Shown here: piece by piece, positions 58,886 to 64,000 of the stretch
How positions within the stretch are numbered: the first letter of the stretch is position 1
Layout: each line of letters opens with the position of its first letter
From: an uncultured Spirochaetia bacterium
Lineage (GTDB): Bacteria > Spirochaetota > Spirochaetia > JABEVK01
Direction of reading: 5' to 3'
Length of the DNA: 64,000 nt
NCBI GenBank assembly: GCA_937960645.1
Contig: CALGPJ010000006.1
Span: 146,868-210,867 of the forward strand
Made by a program: the position numbers and the translations under genes
The notes under the pieces: model-generated
What the model was told of the DNA's origin: nothing
Databases searched by the model: none
What the model saw: only the letters and a program-made list of their open reading frames with translations

Positions 58886-58975
58886 GAGCGGGATTATAGT
58901 GTCATCACAGCCGAGGGTCAAGGCAAGTCACCTGCCCACCCTCGGCTTTGACGATTAGTCTAGAGGACTCTACTC

Positions 58976-59581
58976 TTAGTTCCTTTGCTGATCCGCAGGA
59001 AGCACCCTCTCGGAAGTGTTGAGGAACTTTTCGACATCCTCGATGTAGGAGTTGAGACGTCGCTGCTGGTTCTCGGTCTTGGAGATCGCTGCGTTGAGAA
59101 TGACGATCTCATCCTTGTTCCGCTGGATTTTGGCGTTATTCACGCTGATTTGGCGGTCGTTTTGATTGATCTGGTTTTGGTTCTGCTGGTTGGCACGATT
59201 GAGGTCCTGACGGCGCGCCTCGAGACGGCGTTCCAGCTCGCGGTTACGATCCAGGCTTTCCTGAGCCTGACGGCGGAGATTTTGGTCGCGGATGGTCGGG
59301 ATGATCGAGAAAAGCTCTGCTCCTTTGGCCTTGACATTTTCGATGATGGGCGCGATTTCACTGAGTTGCTGCTGATTCTTGACGATGTCCGCTCGGAGGT
59401 CGGCATTTTTCTTGGCCAAATCATCGTTTTCTTTTTCCAGGGTGTCTACCTCTTGTTGCAAAGCCGCAACACGGGACTTTGCCTGCTCCAAATCGACGAA
59501 CGGAATGTTTTGCTGCGTAGCCTGCTGGGCATAGCTCGAGAAAACGAGTCCGAGCCCCATCAATAGAACCCATTTATTCAT
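58976..59581 (-). CDS. Secreted coiled-coil protein, Q/N/R-rich
   Basis: Signal peptide followed by continuous heptad-like sequence. Confidence 0.35.
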   Translation of the reverse strand: MNKWVLLMGLGLVFSSYAQQATQQNIPFVDLEQAKSRVAALQQEVDTLEKENDDLAKKNADLRADIVKNQQQLSEIAPIIENVKAKGAELFSIIPTIRDQNLRRQAQESLDRNRELERRLEARRQDLNRANQQNQNQINQNDRQISVNNAKIQRNKDEIVILNAAISKTENQQRRLNSYIEDVEKFLNTSERVLPADQQRN

Positions 59582-59656
59582 GGCGATTCTCCTTTATAAT
59601 TTGGTTCACTCAACAATAACTTTAGCCTTGCCCCGTCAGTTTGTCAAACAGAATTT

Positions 59657-60889
59657 TCACGATTTTGGAGTTCCCGCAACAGCCGTGGCACGGCGTTCGA
59701 AAAAGTTTTCCAACCCGTCCATGGCTTCTTTGAGATCAATGAGGTTGGGCAAGAAAACGATACGGAAATGATCGGGATGCGGCCAATTGAATCCTGTACC
59801 CTGAACGAGGAGGATTTTTTTGGATCGGAGAATGTCCCGGATGAGCTCCAGATCGCTGTCATAGGCGAATTTCCGTGTGTCGAATTTCGGGAAAAGGTAA
59901 AGGGCCCCCTTGGGTTTGACCGCCGAAAGGCCGGCGATGGAATTGATTCGATGCCAGGCGTATTCCATTTGGTCGTGCAGGCGGCCACCGGGCCTTATCA
60001 GATCATTAATGCTCTGATACCCCCCAAGGCTGGTTTGAATGGCGTACTGTGCCGGGACGTTGGCGCAAAGCCGCATACTCGCCAGGAGGTCCAATCCCTC
60101 CCGGTATCCCGTGGCCTTTTTCTGATCGCCGGAAAGCACCAACCAGCCCGCTCGCAACCCCGCGGCCCTGTAATTTTTCGAGAGTCCATTGAGAGTGACG
60201 ACAAAAACATCCGGGGCCAGGGCGCCCAGGCTGTGATGTACTGCACCGTTGTAGAGAATTTTGTCATAGATTTCATCTGCAAAAAGAACCAGGTGATGTT
60301 GGCGGGCGATTTCTGCAATTCCCAGGAGGATGTCTTTATCGTAAACCGCCCCGGTGGGATTGTTGGGGTTGATCACGACCAGAGCGCGGGTCCGTGACGT
60401 CATTTTAGAGCGAATATCCTCGAGATCCGGATTCCAGTCCCCACCTTCGTCACAGAGGTAATGAACAGGCCGCCCGCCCGCCAACTTCACGGCGGCAGTC
60501 CAAAGCGGGTAATCCGGCGCCGGCACGAGAACCTCATCGCCGTCGTTCAACAGGCCCTGCATGGCCATCACGATGAGCTCGCTGACGCCATTGCCCAGGT
60601 AGATATCATCCGTATCCACGCCCTGAAATCCTTTTTGTTGGCAGTACTGCATCACGGCTTTACGTGCTACGAAAAGCCCCTTGGACTCACTGTACCCCTG
60701 GGCATTGGGCAAATTCACGATCATGTCGTGGATGACCTCGTCAGGGGCCGTGAAACCAAACGCAGCCGGGTTTCCAATGTTGAGTTTCAGGATTCGATAA
60801 CCCTCTTCCTCGAGCAGGTTGGCTTCTTTCAATACCGGGCCTCTGATGTCGTACAGGACATCTTCCAATTTTTGTGATTTATCGACCAT
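59657..60889 (-). CDS. alaA: PLP-dependent aminotransferase (AlaA-type alanine transaminase)
   Basis: …YDIRGPVLKEA…ILKLNIGNPA…FGF… and SKNYRAAGLRAGW (PLP-lysine region) resemble AlaA/YfbQ. Confidence 0.8.
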   Translation of the reverse strand: MVDKSQKLEDVLYDIRGPVLKEANLLEEEGYRILKLNIGNPAAFGFTAPDEVIHDMIVNLPNAQGYSESKGLFVARKAVMQYCQQKGFQGVDTDDIYLGNGVSELIVMAMQGLLNDGDEVLVPAPDYPLWTAAVKLAGGRPVHYLCDEGGDWNPDLEDIRSKMTSRTRALVVINPNNPTGAVYDKDILLGIAEIARQHHLVLFADEIYDKILYNGAVHHSLGALAPDVFVVTLNGLSKNYRAAGLRAGWLVLSGDQKKATGYREGLDLLASMRLCANVPAQYAIQTSLGGYQSINDLIRPGGRLHDQMEYAWHRINSIAGLSAVKPKGALYLFPKFDTRKFAYDSDLELIRDILRSKKILLVQGTGFNWPHPDHFRIVFLPNLIDLKEAMDGLENFFERRATAVAGTPKS

Positions 60890-61700
60890 CAAATGACTCT
60901 CCCCCAGTGGCGTTGCTTTGTTGCAGCCATTGTAAACAATTTTCGAAGACCCCGTCCAGAAACAAGGTAAACACGATCTCTTCCTTGTTTTTTTTCCATT
61001 GGGAAGCGAGTCTTTCGGTACCCACTTTTGCCCAACGCCGTCGAATTTCGTCGATTCGGCTCGAGGCATGCCCCTGCCGTGAAAGCAAAAAGGCGCTGAG
61101 CAAACCCACGAGTGTACGTTTTTCGAGAAGTGGCTCCAAAAGAGCCTTAGCCTCGGAGGTTCTTTCCCCAAGACTGATTCGCAAAGCCAGACACCACTGG
61201 GCCCAGCGCCAGTGGCGAACCTTTCTGCGTTCCTGGAGAAGGTACTTTAAGCGTTTTTCCAGCTCGTCATCTTCATGCCGCAACCAGAGGGGCAAGGTAA
61301 AAAGCAATCCCTCTCGAAGCCAGAGGCTCGGCTGTTTTAGGCGAAGCAATTGATCCAACTCGATCACTTTTTGGACCTCGCGACTCAGAAATCCGGCGAT
61401 CACCCACAAGCGCACTTCGGTGGAGTTGAGACGCTTGCCGGTTTTCTGGCGTTTTTCGAGATGCCCCAGAAGTCCCTTCCAATCCTCTCGGGCGATATAA
61501 TCGTGGAAACGAAACTTGAAGTAAAAAAGAAGCCAGCTGAGACCGATCAGGAAGGTTAGAATGACCAGCCAATACCATTGCCGGGACCAGTATCCAAGGG
61601 TCCAATCCCAGCCCAGCACACCCACGGGAAGCAGAAACACGAAAAGAAAGAAAACCAGCAAAATCACGTTGAAAATGAGAACAATCTGCTTATGCCCCAC
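60879..61700 (-). CDS. Membrane protein, unknown function
   Basis: Three N-terminal TM helices followed by an R/W-rich helical region. Confidence 0.35.
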   Translation of the reverse strand: MGHKQIVLIFNVILLVFFLFVFLLPVGVLGWDWTLGYWSRQWYWLVILTFLIGLSWLLFYFKFRFHDYIAREDWKGLLGHLEKRQKTGKRLNSTEVRLWVIAGFLSREVQKVIELDQLLRLKQPSLWLREGLLFTLPLWLRHEDDELEKRLKYLLQERRKVRHWRWAQWCLALRISLGERTSEAKALLEPLLEKRTLVGLLSAFLLSRQGHASSRIDEIRRRWAKVGTERLASQWKKNKEEIVFTLFLDGVFENCLQWLQQSNATGGESFDGR

Positions 61701-61753
61701 CGAAATCTCTCCAATAATTGAAATAGGCGAAATCTGAATTATAATAGAGGTAA

Positions 61754-62938
61754 GTGACTATGAAGTCTATTAGTGTCGATACGGTTCGGCCCCTGCTTCA
61801 TCCTGACGGTGTACTCTATTTGGATGAGGACTACATCCTGTGTAGTCCCGACATTCCCGTTCATGAAAACTTGCTGAAACGTCTCAAGGAGTGGAACTTC
61901 AAAACCATCCTCATCGATGAAAGTGTGAAGCCGGATATATCCAGTCTGCCTCAGAACCTGAGCGAAGGCGACGTCACCGATGTTTTCCTCGAGGATTCGA
62001 CCAAAGACATCAAGGACAAGAAAAAAACTCAGGAACTCTACGTGGAATTCCTGGAGAAACTCCAACAAAGTTTTGACGATTTTACAAAAAAAAATGCCCT
62101 CAGCGTCGACGACATCGCCAATCAGGCCAAGGCGATTTATACCGCTCTCAAGGACTATTACCGTTTTTTGCTGCAAATTACCGTTCTGGACCGTAATGGT
62201 TTCCCCTACCTGACCTGTCACTCGGTCAACACCGCCATCCTGAGCATGGCCATCGCCGAAAACATGAAAATCCCTCCGCATCGAATTATCGAAATCGGCA
62301 TGGCCGGTCTCCTTCACGAGATCGGCATGCTGCACCAATCCTATGTAAAGATTCAAACCCTCGAACGAAGCCTCACCCCGGAAGAAGTCAAAACATTGAA
62401 AGCCCACCCCGTCCTTGCGTATAAAATCCTCAAAGAAAAGGGCTTCCCCGCCAACACCTTCATGGGGGTCCTGGGGCACCACGAAAAAGAAAATGGTATG
62501 GGCTATCCGCAGGGGCTCAAGGCTGAAAACATTCCTTCCACCGCTAAAATCATTGCGGCCGTCAGTGTCTACGATGCCCTGGTGTCATCCCGATCGTTCC
62601 GTCCAGCCATGGATGGATACAGTGCCATGTTGGAATTGGTCAAGGAAATGGGCAAAACCTACCATGATCAGGTCGTCAGGCAAATGATCGCCGTGATCGG
62701 TCTGATCCCCCTGGGTACCGTGATCGAAGTGAAAAACGGGTGCTACGCCCAGGTTCACAGCCTTATCCCCGAGGCACCCAAAAAACCTCAGATCAAGGTT
62801 CTCACAAGCCCTGACAAAAAACCTCTGAAAGAACATCGGCTGGTTCAATTGGCGCATTCCCCGGATTGGGAACTTGTCAAAGCACTCTCGAGGGAGGAAA
62901 CGTTCAAGCTTCAATCCCAGGGGCTTATCGAAATTTAG
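61754..62938 (+). CDS. HD-GYP domain protein (c-di-GMP phosphodiesterase family) with a non-canonical HE in place of HD
   Basis: HSVNTAILSMAIA…LLHEIGML…HHEKENGMGYPQGL. Confidence 0.7.
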   Translation: MTMKSISVDTVRPLLHPDGVLYLDEDYILCSPDIPVHENLLKRLKEWNFKTILIDESVKPDISSLPQNLSEGDVTDVFLEDSTKDIKDKKKTQELYVEFLEKLQQSFDDFTKKNALSVDDIANQAKAIYTALKDYYRFLLQITVLDRNGFPYLTCHSVNTAILSMAIAENMKIPPHRIIEIGMAGLLHEIGMLHQSYVKIQTLERSLTPEEVKTLKAHPVLAYKILKEKGFPANTFMGVLGHHEKENGMGYPQGLKAENIPSTAKIIAAVSVYDALVSSRSFRPAMDGYSAMLELVKEMGKTYHDQVVRQMIAVIGLIPLGTVIEVKNGCYAQVHSLIPEAPKKPQIKVLTSPDKKPLKEHRLVQLAHSPDWELVKALSREETFKLQSQGLIEI

Positions 62939-62961
62939 ACATTAGGATTATAATACATCGC

Positions 62962-63936
62962 ATGAGCGACATCGACTTTCTTCTGAAGCGCTACCGTGAC
63001 GATGTTCTGAAACCAGGGTCCAGGGGTTTCGAGGAAATGCGGAAACGTCTGATCAATCCCCTCCATGTGACCAATTCTGCCCTTCTCCCCGAGGAACATC
63101 CCCTTAAAATTCAGGGCTACATCATCCTCGACGCCTTCGAAAGTGTGACCAATGGCATGGAAAACCCCCAGGCCCTCGGTGATCTCGAGACGATCGACCA
63201 TCGGTCTGTATTCTACCCGTGGAAACTCCTCGTCCTGGGACTGAAAGCCTTTTACAGCGGCGATGACACAACCTGTCGTCAGCTCCTCGGACAAATACCG
63301 CAAGATTGTGACGCTCTGCACCGGCTTGCATCCGATTTTATCAAGGAAATCTATTCTCCCCACAAGCGATTTTTCAAGGAAGTTTGGAGCCTTCCACCGG
63401 TTTTCCGCGACACCCTGGAACAGTTGGAAGCCTCGGCCACTGTGGAAACTCAGGACATTTTCCTGGAAATCCTCGAGGAATCCACACGGCTATGGCAGAA
63501 ACAACAGGATTTCGACAAAATCGTCTTTGGTACCTGGGTAATCCGTCTCACACACTCCGGCGATCTCGATCTGAGGGCCGTTATTCGTTCCCTGATGAAG
63601 ACTCTGGGACTTTACTGCGCCGAGCAATCGGTGGCCCTGGCCTTGTACCGCGAGTCCATCGAAACTGCCGTGCTGTTCTACGCCCGATCGCTTTTGGATA
63701 AACAAGAGCCGATCACATTCGAAGAGCGCACCCTGCTAAGGGAAATGTATCGGCAAACCGTGTTGTATCAACAAGATGCCGGTATCGACGATGACTTTGA
63801 ACGGGAATGGACGGTTTTGAGCACTCACCTGGGGCAGCTGGGGATAACATTTTCAGAACCATCGGCTAAACGAGAAAACAAGCGGGATAGATCCTGGAAA
63901 AAGCATTCCGCTCAACTCGATCTTTTTGCATCATAG
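62962..63936 (+). CDS. Hypothetical alpha-helical protein
   Basis: ORF with plausible start MSDIDF…; no recognisable motif. Confidence 0.3.
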   Translation: MSDIDFLLKRYRDDVLKPGSRGFEEMRKRLINPLHVTNSALLPEEHPLKIQGYIILDAFESVTNGMENPQALGDLETIDHRSVFYPWKLLVLGLKAFYSGDDTTCRQLLGQIPQDCDALHRLASDFIKEIYSPHKRFFKEVWSLPPVFRDTLEQLEASATVETQDIFLEILEESTRLWQKQQDFDKIVFGTWVIRLTHSGDLDLRAVIRSLMKTLGLYCAEQSVALALYRESIETAVLFYARSLLDKQEPITFEERTLLREMYRQTVLYQQDAGIDDDFEREWTVLSTHLGQLGITFSEPSAKRENKRDRSWKKHSAQLDLFAS

Positions 63937-63944
63937 GAGAATCT

Positions 63945-64000
63945 ATGGACACTTTTGATCCCCAATGCATCGATCGATTACTCCTCCAATATCACTACCC
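63945..64000 (+). CDS. Hypothetical protein, 3'-truncated by the window end
   Basis: ATG at 63945 with an open frame to the end of the window. Confidence 0.2.
   Translation, partial: MDTFDPQCIDRLLLQYHY

Noticed and set aside
58910-58946. Hairpin (9-bp stem, loop about 18 nt) between gltX and the upstream gene as an intrinsic terminator
   Set aside because: No U-tract follows on the minus (transcribed) strand; more likely a leader or regulatory structure for gltX, or fortuitous.

Overview
64 kb chromosomal window that is mostly densely packed housekeeping genes (about 60 genes, roughly 52-58% GC). Dimeric-type GlyRS, two Lnt paralogues, a BMP/TmpC-type lipoprotein, bactofilin and many lipoproteins suggest a spirochaete-like or other diderm lineage; this is inference only. 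Recognisable content: the 3' part of an Rnf operon (rnfG-E-A); surE plus a GHMP kinase; a long co-directional block rpsT-hup-lnt2-receiver-bactofilin-cinA-rho; uvrB-htrA-comM; mnmE; infC-rpmI-rplT fused to zapB-like/zapA, PilZ and TPR genes; metG plus an fmdB zinc ribbon; an operon of three aaRS genes (gltX-glyQS-tyrS); alaA; an HD-GYP protein; and one tRNA-Ala(CGC). No rRNA, CRISPR array, integrase or transposase was seen. Features that are not routine: (i) two tandem paralogous giant lipoproteins (818 and 1333 aa) made of about 100-aa Ig-like repeats alternating with chitobiase-C-like modules; (ii) a three-gene operon of a secreted protein, a complete NOX/ferric-reductase-type bis-haem flavocytochrome and a YkgJ-type Cys-cluster protein; (iii) a second Lnt paralogue translationally coupled to a CheY-like receiver protein; (iv) a degenerate tandem repeat of about 53 bp upstream of rpsT; (v) an HD-GYP protein whose HD dipeptide reads HE; (vi) cell-division genes zapB-like/zapA co-transcribed with ribosomal protein genes. 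Many long ORFs in the six-frame track are GC-bias artefacts on the opposite strand or 5' over-extensions and are not reported as genes.
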